From Lytechinus pictus (lineage: Eukaryota), in contig NC_087245.1 of NCBI RefSeq assembly GCF_037042905.1, forward strand, positions 27,654,001-27,718,000: DNA of 64,000 nucleotides, in the 5' to 3' direction. Both the position numbers and the translations under genes were made by a program. The notes below the pieces were generated by a model. The model made no database searches and had not been told where the DNA came from. It saw only the letters and a list, made by a program, of their open reading frames with translations. This document shows, in pieces, positions 1-10,837 of this stretch (position 1 is its first letter; each line of letters begins with the position of its first letter).

Positions 1-235
1 ATTTAATGCATTAAAACAATCCCGAATAAGAAATCTATCCAAAAAGGTAATACAGGCTTGACCTTATTACAATTTTAGGACTTTAAAAAAATCAAATGTA
101 CAACAAGAAAAATTAGAGAAATCATAATATTCAAGATTATCTGTCTTGAACTACAGACATAGTGTTACTGTCTTATGGTTTGGATGCCCGAGTAAAATTA
201 TGGGTATCAATTTTTTCAATCTTTCAAGTACCTAG

Positions 236-510
236 ACTGAGAAATAAGACGCATGGCGAAAGGTTCTTCTCCTACAGTGCCCCCACCTGGACTTTTTAAA
301 TCCCAACTTAAAACATCTCTCTTCAATGAAACATTAAATTAGATCATTTCTTATACTTATGCCATATGTAATTGATTAATGTTGATGTTGTTTATGTGTA
401 ATTTTAAGTAATTTCTTATATTAGTATGATTTTATTTCTGTAAAGTGCATTGAGAGTCCTAACAGGTCTGAAATCCGCTACATGTATATAAGAACTACAT
501 TATTATTCGT
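236..510 (+). mobile_element. Degenerate 3' end of an L2-clade LINE
   Basis: Translates in pieces to LRNKTHGERFFSYSAP..W and FKSQLKTSLF, resembling the C-terminus of L2/Crack ORF2 (compare FKRQLKSYLF at ~36655). Followed by a tgtaaagtgcattgaga...tatataagaactac terminus and a (tta)-type tail. Confidence 0.6.
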
Positions 511-1130
511 TATTAGAATAAACGTAATATTTCATGAAGGAAATTGTTTCGAAATGCACCACTGGAAATGTGAAAAGTTACCTCTTTTTTAAAACATCAA
601 GGTTGCATCGCATAGATATTCAAAAGATCCGAGTCAAAGTGGTGTAATAACATTGCATTGAATTTCATGTAAAGGCCTTCAAAATGCAGTATTTTTTATC
701 AAAACGTCCTAAAATCATGTGTAAAGTAAATGGATGCGCAGACAAGGGACACAACTTTTCATCTGAAAATGACTGGTTGCGATTTTTTGTTTTCAGAAAA
801 TAATACAAACATAGTTGGCTAATCTCTAATGATACCTTTGCCACGTTTACTCGTAATGATACACGGAACAATATCAACTGAAAATTCTGTAGAGTTTTAG
901 AGAAATTCATGTATAATCTGGAGTTCAATTTTTATAAGTGCGCTGACTTTGGGCACCCGTTCACACGAGAACCAGTATGGAGAAGCTGTGAGTGATTAGT
1001 GAAAGAAATACTCCCGAACGAGAGAGGGTGGGAGGAAGGAGAGTGATTCATCTTTTTTTTTAAATCAAATTGACGATTTGTTTTTAAATTAATCATACCT
1101 TGCTGGCTAGTTGGGAAGGGTACTTAGTAT

Positions 1131-1588
1131 GGTTACACTTCGTAATTCCGACGGTTCTTTATTCCGAAGGCTCGTAATTCCGAAACACGTAAATTGCCTA
1201 TACCTCGATGTTCGTTAATCCGAAAACGTAAAAGGGTTCGTTAATCCGAACATTTGTGGCGTTATTCCGACGGTTCGTTATTCCGAAGGTTCGATGATCC
1301 GAGAACGAAATAACGTTCGTTGTTCTGAAGGTTCGTTAGTCCGAAAACGAAATAAGGTTCGTTAATCATTACGTTTTCGGACTAACGAACCTTCGGAATT
1401 ACGAACCTCTTTTCGTTTTCGGATTAACGAACCTTAGGAATTACGAACCTCACTTTGTTTTCGGACTAACGAACCTCATTTCGTTTTCGGACTAACGAAC
1501 CTTCGGAATTACGAACCTTCGGAATAACGAACATTCGGAATATCCGAACCTTCGGAATAACGAAGCTTCGGAATTACGAATGTATGCG
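1131..1588. mobile_element. Foldback/Mutator-like non-autonomous element built from ~15-bp subrepeats
   Basis: Left half has ttcgtaattccgaagg repeats and right half the inverted ccttcggaattacgaa repeats. Imperfect TIRs. Exact 9-bp flanking direct repeat ACTTAGTAT at 1122-1130 and 1589-1597. Confidence 0.8.
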
Positions 1589-1604
1589 ACTTAGTATCAT
1601 ACCC

Positions 1605-1790
1605 CACACTCTCAAAAAATTGTACCAACCAAACCAAAAGTTGCCGTTTGTTACGATACGAATCATACAACTGTTGGTTACCTTGGTTTAAAAAATCCCA
1701 TTTTATTGTGATTGCAGTTCTGTTTTAACCAAGAGTTTGTACTTTATACTTGAACTAACTTAAGGTTGGTTAAAAAATTATGAGATTGCA
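1605..1790. mobile_element. Degenerate MITE
   Basis: Imperfect terminal inverted repeats cacactctcaaaaaatt..ccaacc / ggttggttaaaaaattatgagattg. Confidence 0.4.
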
Positions 1791-2822
1791 CTCTTTACGA
1801 ATTTCAATATCTATCCAAAACATGTCACTTTTCGATATCATATTTGATGATTGTCTCAGTCCAATATCAAATGTAATCAAAATGTGAATATATTTTGTTA
1901 CTTTTAATAAGGACTTTCTGTAATTTTTACATGAAGCTACATCATTACAGTTGTTATGCCAGATGTTTATTTGTTAATGGCTTTTGTAGTAGAAATCATA
2001 CGAGTATGACAGATATTTTGAGAAAAAAAATCAAGAATACAATGGAAAACAATGAACATACGTTGTTTTCTAGTACTGCTTCCACGCCGTTTCTTTTGAA
2101 TTCGTTTTGAGTGTTTTTCTTTCGACTTTTCTACTTTACCATCGCCTTGAATAATCTTCTGTGCCTTTGTCTTGACCAATTCCCATGTGAATTGATGACA
2201 TCCTTCACCCGTTACGGATGATTTATTTTCTAGTACGACGTCTTTAATTATACAAGCCACATTCCCTAATGGGCCATACATTAACACCCTTATATAAACA
2301 GTATTAACGTCTATTGGAGAAGAAAACATATTAGATATCATATTTCATAATCAAACAAAGAGGTAAATCAAACAGAAAAGGGGGCTCGAACGCACGAATG
2401 TGCATCAAAGACAAAATTTGAATTTCAAATAAAGTCGCTATCGTAAGCAAGTAATCAATCGGATGAGGTTCGAGGTGTCTGTTTTGAAGCGAAAATGCGA
2501 CAGGGCCATGGCTGTATGGAAATCATCGATGAATTATGACGTAATATATCTCAATCTTGGTTGAGGAATGTCTACAGTGATGATTTCTGTGACAGTGGAT
2601 TGTTGAATCAAACTGGAAAATGCAACTAATGGCAATAAATATTTGCGTCTTCAATGAAATCAATCCTTGATTAATGAATACGAAGTTGACTTATTTTTCT
2701 TTATCAATGCAATGAAAAGAAGAATCATTGCGACAAATCCCAAAAGATTATTTTTTCTTAATGATAAAAAAAAATCTTTTCAATCCTTTCACTCACAGGA
2801 CTCTGCTTCACAACCCTCACAC

Positions 2823-3084
2823 ATGATGGTGACTGACACAACTAAACTGTTGCTTCTGGCAGCCATATTTTCTGTTATCCTTGCGTGCCTTCCATCGCTC
2901 GGCCAGTGCTTCGTGATCTACGAAGATGAAGTCGATGACGAGAACGAAAACGATGGCGAATGGAAAAGAGGGTACTCCCGGAATAACGTGGTCGCCGATC
3001 CTGTTCTAAGGTCGCCGGTTACCTACAGCTCGATGAGTAAATATTTACAAGGACTGGCATCGAGACGATTTGTAAGAGACCCAC
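2823..3084 (+). CDS. Neuropeptide precursor, first coding exon (exon probably starts at 2799): signal peptide, acidic spacer, KR and first peptide region
   Basis: Acceptor tctttt caatcctttcactcacAG at 2797-2798, ATG at 2823. Hydrophobic signal-like LLLLAAIFSVILACLPSLGQC, acidic EDEVDDENENDGEW, dibasic KR, then GYSRNNVVADPVLRSPVTYSSMSKYLQGLASRRFVRDP. Donor CAC|GTAAGT at 3084/3085 (phase 1). Confidence 0.9.
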
Positions 3085-6000
3085 GTAAGTTTTTGCTTTT
3101 TTTCTGTCCTTAAAATGTTTGACATCTAAAAAAAAGAGGGTGAAATATTCTTTTCCTAACAACCAAAAACTAATGTCATAGGAATTATGTGAGGTGGGCT
3201 CTCACCCATGCCCCCTCCCTCCCCGTACTATGCTAGTAAACATTATACGTATTTCCTTTAACATCATTACCATGATTACTAGTTGTTAATTCTAGCCAAA
3301 GTTTAAACAATATAGAAAGACATTTGAAGGTGTTAAAGTGATCCGAGAGTATCGAGCAACATTTATTTGTGATTTTTGTCCTACCATTACAAATTTTTTT
3401 CAAACTTTATTAAAACTCTTTAATATTCTGTTTAATCAACGCCATTATACTGAAGGATAAACTTATTTTGTAATTTTGGGTGACTTAAAAGCTTTACAAT
3501 AAAACATCCAAAGCTCTGAAGTTTGTAAGATTTTTATTTCCTATCTGGTTGAATGGTTTAAGATATACTTCCCTGAGGAGGGGTCGGTCGATGTACGAAC
3601 CTAAGAACCTTAAATCAAGAAGTACACGATGAACTCGACCACCTTTCCTAAAAATTCCGAGAAGACGATGACGCTCTCCTATCGACCATCGGACAAAATG
3701 TAAATATTATTGCATGTGATCGGTAATGTGAATATAATGTCAATAATTGGGTGCCGCACTCGAACTTATTTCTCAAATTTAGACAGCTGCAGAAAATCTC
3801 ATTCATCATTCGGTATGCATGGGCATACACTAATGTTCTGAATGCGCCAAAGGTCCACCGATGTTTTGAGTTTGTTTTGTTTTAATAGTTTGGTGGGAGG
3901 GGGTGGGTGTGTGTGAGGGAGTGTATGTGGGTGGGTGCACGCGTTAGCTTGGATAGAGTTCATGGCCGTACGCAGAATTTTTTTTTTGGGGGGGCAGGAC
4001 ACGTAGAATTTTAGAAGAAACTCAAAAGCGATGGAAGAAAGTGACTGAGCTTGTAATGGGGACCTTTGCATTGTCTAAGGTGATATGAAAGGGTTTGTAC
4101 AAACCTTTGAAGATGTTTGTGAACGTTTTCAGTAAAAATATAAGTTTTCAAAATTTCCACCCCCCCCTCCGCTGCGTATGACAATGTTTGGGTATATTTT
4201 CAGTTTAATTTCTCTCTATGGGTTGTCCTCATGGTTCTTAAATACGATCATGACTTTCTTCTTCATCTCGAAGCTTGGTAACTGAATATGTTTGATCATG
4301 TCACATTTAAGATAGTATGATGTTTTCCTTGAATAATTGGTCACACCTGGGCCATATAAAATTAGGCCTTCTGGGTACTTCCCAGTGCCCCCATAGCCGC
4401 AGATTGGGACAATCCTAACACTCATTTGATTTTAAATATGAGTCAATCATTGATAAAAGAAAGATAGACGGAGATAGAGTTCGAAATTAATGTGGGTGTG
4501 TCAAATGTGGGTGAGTGGGTGTGTTCATCGATGTATTAAAGAGAAAGGATGTGTATATTATTCTGAGTGGGTGATCATGTGTCTTCGAGTTAAAATCTTA
4601 CAAGGGTATGGTATAAAACAACGATTAATAGTACGAACATCTAGCACATTGTTGTCAATAGACATAAAGCGCTTTACTAAGACAGAAAATTATAGTAACA
4701 ATACAACAAACCATGAACATAAAACATGAGAATGAAAACCTTGCCTGAGTCTGCGAATATAAAGTGGGGTGGTTAAGGAATAATTTCTGAATACATTAGG
4801 AGAAGAAGTGTCTGGATAAAAGAGACATATAAAGGGAAGGGTTTGTGCGAGAGAGTGGATGGGTAGAGAGGGTAGACAGAGAAGCGGAAGAAGCGAACGC
4901 GAGAGGGTGCGCTTATGTGGGTGGGTGCATGGTTGGGCGTAATTGCGTGTGTTTGTGGTTTGTACTTGTAAAGAGGAGAGGGGTATACTAGATGTTTATT
5001 GTCTTGTGTAATTGTATTGTATGTGTAATTACTGAAGTGTCGGTATTCTGGGTGGCTGGGTTTTGATGGGTGTGTGGGTGGGTGGGTTGAGTATAGGAAT
5101 TTCTGCAAGTAGAGCTTAGTGAAAAACGGGAAAAGGTGAAGGGGAGGGGAAAAATCCCCTTCTCTTCACCCATTCCTAAATTTCTAAAAACAATTCACGA
5201 TTTTTCTAGCATTTAACATGATTGAGAGAGTTGTTAGAACCAATGTACTACTACATCCATACTCATTCTTATGGCTGTGAGTCAAATGACCCATGTTTAA
5301 TCTATGATTATGTGTCAGTCAACGGTTGAATTCACAACCTCATGTTCGTGTACTCTCCCAACTGAGCCAACTTGACCTGTCCTGCAAGAGCAAAGAAAAT
5401 ATATATGTCGAGAAAGGGTGTAAGGAAAAAAGGGTAAAATAAAATTTCCGGGGGGGGGGGTAGGCGGCATTGGCATATTTGCGTAGGATTAGGCTTCAGG
5501 GGCGACGAAACACAGAGTGTTGTTTGTATCGTATTTTCGACGTAAAGTTTTTATTTGTGTCCTGCTAAATCTTTAATATTAAAGCCAAGCTAATAATAAA
5601 ATTAATATTTAAAATATGATTCATGGCTTACTTGCTTCGCTCACACACAAATTGTCCACAATAACACTCCGTACCCAAATTTATTCCCCTCTAATATTAG
5701 GATCGTTATTACGCTAGAAAGACATGCAAAAGGAGGGGAAGAGGGGTGGTCGGTAGATTAGGGCTGCTTTTGACCTTAGACATCAGATACTTCAGATTTC
5801 AATATCCGGAGGAGTTGAAGTGGGCGACAAACATTTTGTCACGTGTTATTACTTATTAGTCTCCGAATGACGTGACAAGTCTTCATCTTGAATAGTTCTC
5901 TAGCTTCAGTTTCCGTTCTCGTGGCACCGAGAGCCACAAACATTATTACAGAATATGGGTCTTTTATGATAAACATCATCGCGTCAAAATGAAAACTGAA

Positions 6001-6528
6001 TGTGTAAAGAAGTTACGGCTAATTAAACTTAAAGAACCATTTATGTCGTTACTATTGGTTATCAGCCATGATCCGCTTTTTAATTTTTTGGCTTAATGGC
6101 TGACAGCTTTTCGACTGCCGAATACATTGTTGGCATAAAGAAGTCACAACTTTATAATGAGACATGAAAAGTGTTTAAGAAATTGCCGTGTCGTTTGCTG
6201 AAATACTAGACCAGTGTTCCATGCATACTTAACAGAGACCTTATTGTCAAATGCCCTTCATGATCAAGAACGACCAAGAAATCTTTGTGTCGAAATTGGT
6301 GAATCAAAACAGCAATTTCATCCTTGACTCTGGAAAAACGACATATTTGCAGTTTATTGGTCTGCTTCGGAACACCAATGTTCGACAAAGACCTCTGAGC
6401 CCCCCCCCCTATTTTTTTGTTTTTTTCTATTTGACAGGCATTTTCACTACATTTATTGTGTACTCGAATCCGTCCCGGTTGCTTATTAGTGCATCCGGGC
6501 CACATCTCACAAAGATCTGAGATTGATC

Positions 6529-6660
6529 TGGGGCCCTTTTCATAAAACTTGTTATAATAACAAATTTGCAATAACAGTTAAAAGCTACTGAAATCCTTCA
6601 ATCTGATTGGTTGATAGTAAATTTGTTATAAAAATTCAGCAATTTTCTATTATATCAATA
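6529..6660. mobile_element. Truncated MITE with GGGGCCC terminus (related copy at ~38649-38795)
   Basis: ggggcccttttcataaaacttgtt start resembles ggggcccgtttcataaagaattgtt at 38649. Both have an internal CCAAT-like core. Confidence 0.45.
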
Positions 6661-9600
6661 ATAAATTCAAATGCATACGTTACTATCTGAATATATATAT
6701 TCTGTGATATCAACATGCACAGTCTCTGTGCCCCGTTCGGAGCCCCGTCTTTTTATCTCATGGGTTTTAACATTTAACCTTTGGAACTCTTGAGGAAGTC
6801 GCAGAGAGACTTGATTTTGTCAGAAATCGCCACCTCCAAACTTGTATGATGGGAACTGGGTGCCGATATGAGAGTATCTAGCCTAATTAAAGTTTAACAC
6901 TTCCCGATCCTTGTATCATTCTCTTCTTGGAAGATCTCTTCAGAGACATTAATATTGAATTGCGTTGTCCCTTTGGTTTTGTGTCACCAGATCGCCTCCA
7001 ATCATTGTCAAACGCAAGGTCTTCCCTGTGGCAAGTGTAACAGGTTATCCTCTTGAGCCACGGACGCGATTTAGTTACAAAGGACGATGCTTCAGTTTCA
7101 AGCACAATCGTCAAACCAGTAATGATAAAACAAATTTCATTAGTTCCGCCCCTCCCCCTCTTCGCGATATTCTTATTTTTGAAGATTCCTAATTGTCAGA
7201 CTGTATTATATTGATATTAATAACAACATACAACAACAACAACCACAACAATGATGATAATGATTATAATGATGATGATGATGTTAATGATAATAATCAT
7301 ACATAGGGTCTATTTAGCGCCCATCTTTATTAGATACTCAATTTAAACTTTCCTATTAATTCAGGTTTTCAATGGACGACAAAGAATTTGACATAATCAG
7401 ACCAGTCGTTGTTCTCTAAATGCAAAACAGAGACATGTTAGAAGAGACATTTCCACACTCCACAGAGATTATCACCTACACTTAACATGCAATGACCCGT
7501 ACTTATCAATTTGACAAGGGCTTTCTCTGAAGTCTGCCTGTCAGCAATCAACCCCATGGACACGGACCAATGAATAAGGGACATTGCCTGACAGTGAATA
7601 ATTCCCGACAGAAGGCATCCCCTCCATTGGTCAGACCGTCAGAAAAATCCCCAAGAATCGCCAAGCCGTCAAGTCGACAGGTCATTTGCAGCCGTTCTTT
7701 CCCCGCTTATAGCGTAGAACGCGTTTCATCGTTTTCAGATAAAATACCTGTCGTAATAGCATGGGCGGCGCCATAGGAAGGAGGGGGTGGGGTAGGGGCT
7801 ACCACCCTTTTGATTTTTTTTCTAAGCAATGGAAAAGTGTGAAAATGAAGAGGGAGAATGGGTAAAAAATAAGGAATGTATAAAATAAAATATTTATAAA
7901 ATATTTAAAATCCCTATAATTTGATTCATAAACAAAAACATAAAGTCATTTTTCGTGGGTAGCCTTGCCTCCCTCATGAAATAAAAATATCCCGGCACTG
8001 CATCCGGTTGTTATATACCTGTAAAAACAAATTGACCAATAATATTAAAGTTTTGATAGAGCAGTTAATTTCTAAATGAACCACAAATTGGGAAAGTACC
8101 ATATGAAAGATTAACGAACTAATGGATCAATCAGTCAGTGCTAAATACAAAAACAAATGAATAATTAGGTAAATTAATAAAAAAGAATCTGAATCATGAT
8201 AAATAATTGATATTGATTGCAGGATTATGTCGACCTGAAAAGATCAATGGTAGATGTGAAACTCTTTGTTTGGCCACAGTCTAAAGGAAGTTTTTCAGTA
8301 CGCTGGCGTCTTGATTTTTCGTATCTTATCGTGCGTGTTTAATGGTTTGTAAAATGATTAGCATCTTGTCTGTAACCATCATCTTTCCACCCCATTCACC
8401 CTCCCCCTCTGACGTTTTATTTCTCTTTCTCTCTCTCTCTCTGTCTTGTTTCTCTCAATATTCATCTCCCATTTCGCTTCTTCATCCCTCTTTTATTCTC
8501 TCTCCCGGTGCATCCTTCAACTCAACAACCATTCATGTGTAATGCAATATTGCTAATTCTTGAAGATTTATAGCTATTTCAGTCCTTTAATCAAGTTAAT
8601 TCAACAATTTTGTAAGAAAGCCGTCTGTACACTGGCGGAAAATCCTTCAATTTTCCAAAATTTCTTTTAAGCTTTCAGTCCTGTCTGTCGTATTAATGAG
8701 AGTTCATGAACATCATGAAAGTCTAGGTTTTACTACATCGAGAGCTGGGTAGGCCTATACGGTATATGATATGACATAGTTTGGTCTATGGGGGAAATCG
8801 GAGACATTTTAAGGCTCAAATCTATTTGAATTTAGAGCTCTCAAACGAAATTATATTCCAAAATAACCAGAAAAAAACACATGCTTCTTTATCGGTTTTG
8901 TGTATCTTTACCCAACCTTGTATATTCAGTTCAAATGCTATGTGAATACTAAAATCTAAGGATTTAACATAAATCCAGTGATCAGCCGAATATTATCTAG
9001 ATTTAGATTTAAACCTTGTGAATATGAATTTAAAGCTGAATGATTTGAAATGAAGTCTTTTGAGATATAATCACTGGAACGTCAAAAATAAATCCAGTAT
9101 TCGCCTGATAACTAATCACAGCCAATACGAATTTATTCTAAATGACTGGAATTTAGATATATATCTGTACTTATTCTAGGGGAAAGCATGATTACATTGT
9201 TAGATTAAAAACTGTAATAGTACACGGTAACTTAAGGACGTTATAAAAGAAATTGATTGCAACTCAACTGTCAATAACTTTCAGTAGGTTTCAACAGTCA
9301 TGACGCTAAAAATAAAATGGGAAATTCATGTAGTGCGGTTAATGAGCCCACTCTGTATTTTAGAGTTTTGTACTATTACTAAATATTTCACCTAAAAAGA
9401 AGGCTCATATTTTTTAGTGCAGCGAGTCAGTTAAGAAGGGCAATCAATTCTGAATATGTATTAAATCAAAATCAGCCTTTGACGAAAATTTTGTAATTAA
9501 GACATTCTAAGGGCCACGGGAAGATGGAAAATTACCTTTTACTTAGCTAAAGCAATGTCATGAATCATCTGAAGGTTCAAGTAGCATCCTATATTTGAAG

Positions 9601-10688
9601 CATTGAATTGCACGCACAATTTTTGGTCGTGTGAGGGCGCACATCTTCACTACTGAACCACTGCAACTGTTTTCACTCCTTTTTTTTTATTCAAATGTTT
9701 TTACGCGCTACATTACTTGTTTTTTTACGTAAATATACCTCAAATGTTTATTCAGCCCACATTCCGACAATTCGTCCCCTCTTTTTTGGTTATCACAATT
9801 CACTCATTATGTTGCTTTACATTTTTCATTTCATGTCTTATGATTTTTTTTAGTCCACTCTGTCTGCCATTGTTTTTATTAAAAAAAAATGATTTTCATA
9901 GTTTCAAGTGGACTTCTCTTTTTCCAGCGAAACATTGATTCACGATACTTTTTAGATTGCAATGAGTATTTTCAAATTTCAGTTTCAAATCTATGATAGA
10001 AACTTTATATTGCATTTTTTGTATACTTTATTTGTAATATCCATGATACTTGTATGTATTTTGTTGTAATAAATTGATATAAAAAGTAAGAATTGACAAT
10101 TGAAACTTAATTGAACGCCCATTTTGTCGAAACACATTATATGGGTCTGAATGTGTAGACTACAGAAGACGAATATGAAGTGTGCAATGTAGTTTCTCCA
10201 AAATAAGAGTTTGTGCTAGTCCTCTATCAAGACCCACTTTTGCGGAAAATACATTTGAGTAACTTTATGCTTCCATCCAGGCAGACTGCATGTCAGCTGA
10301 ATGTCGCGACCGTTGCCTAATGTGGGAAGTCAATGACGATTGAAACATGATCTGATTTGATTTCTCTTCATTTATCTCATTCTCTCTTCTTTTTGGGTTA
10401 ATATATTTCTGTATTTCTTAAACTCTGCTTTGTTGTATTAATAATACATTTCATGAATGCACATGTTTTTGACAATATTCATGTATTAGAGTATTTCAAC
10501 CATTGATATTTATCCCGCCCTTCTATGACGAAATCCATAATAGACTGTGTCAATGAATGTAATGTTAATTCATTTCATTTCTCTTTTCTTTCTTTTTTCT
10601 CTCTCTTCTCCCCCTTTTCTCTCTCTCCATTTTCTCTCTCACTATCACTCTCTTTCTCTTTCCTCCCCCTCTTTCTTTCAACATTCAG

Positions 10689-10837
10689 AAATGGACAAGA
10701 GACAAGTAAATGTTGGTCTTCGTCTGGTGTCATTGGAAAGGTTACGTAATCATCTCAACACCGTGGCTGATTCCAGGAGCAGACAGAAACTTCGCCATAA
10801 TCAGAATCTCATGGACCGGGTCGGCAGGAGGAGATAA
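10689..10837 (+). CDS. Neuropeptide precursor, last coding exon, encoding a CRH/DH44-type peptide
   Basis: Long polypyrimidine tract then cattcAG (10687-10688). Phase 1 matches the 3084 donor (C+AA=Gln). Reads MDKR-QVNVGLRLVSLERLRNHLNTVADSRSRQKLRHNQNLMDRV-GRRR-stop. Spliced ORF is 411 nt = 136 aa. Confidence 0.88.
10703..10825 (+). other. Predicted mature 40-aa pGlu...Val-amide CRH-type peptide plus amide-donor Gly
   Basis: Bounded by KR and G-RRR, N-terminal Gln. C-terminally anchored ungapped alignment to human CRH(1-41) shares L15, R16, L19, Q29, N34, L37, M38. Confidence 0.8.

Noticed and set aside
1967..2341. 124-aa minus-strand ORF
   Set aside because: No recognisable domain or splice structure.
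7365..7396. Possible alternative terminal exon (RFQWTTKNLT*)
   Set aside because: An acceptor-like AG exists but the product has no processing signals. Unsupported without RNA data.
8223..8249. Possible extra mini-exon DYVDLKRSM in the neuropeptide intron
   Set aside because: Weak polypyrimidine tract and donor (gtagat). The KR-containing reading is phase 0, incompatible with the phase-1 junctions.
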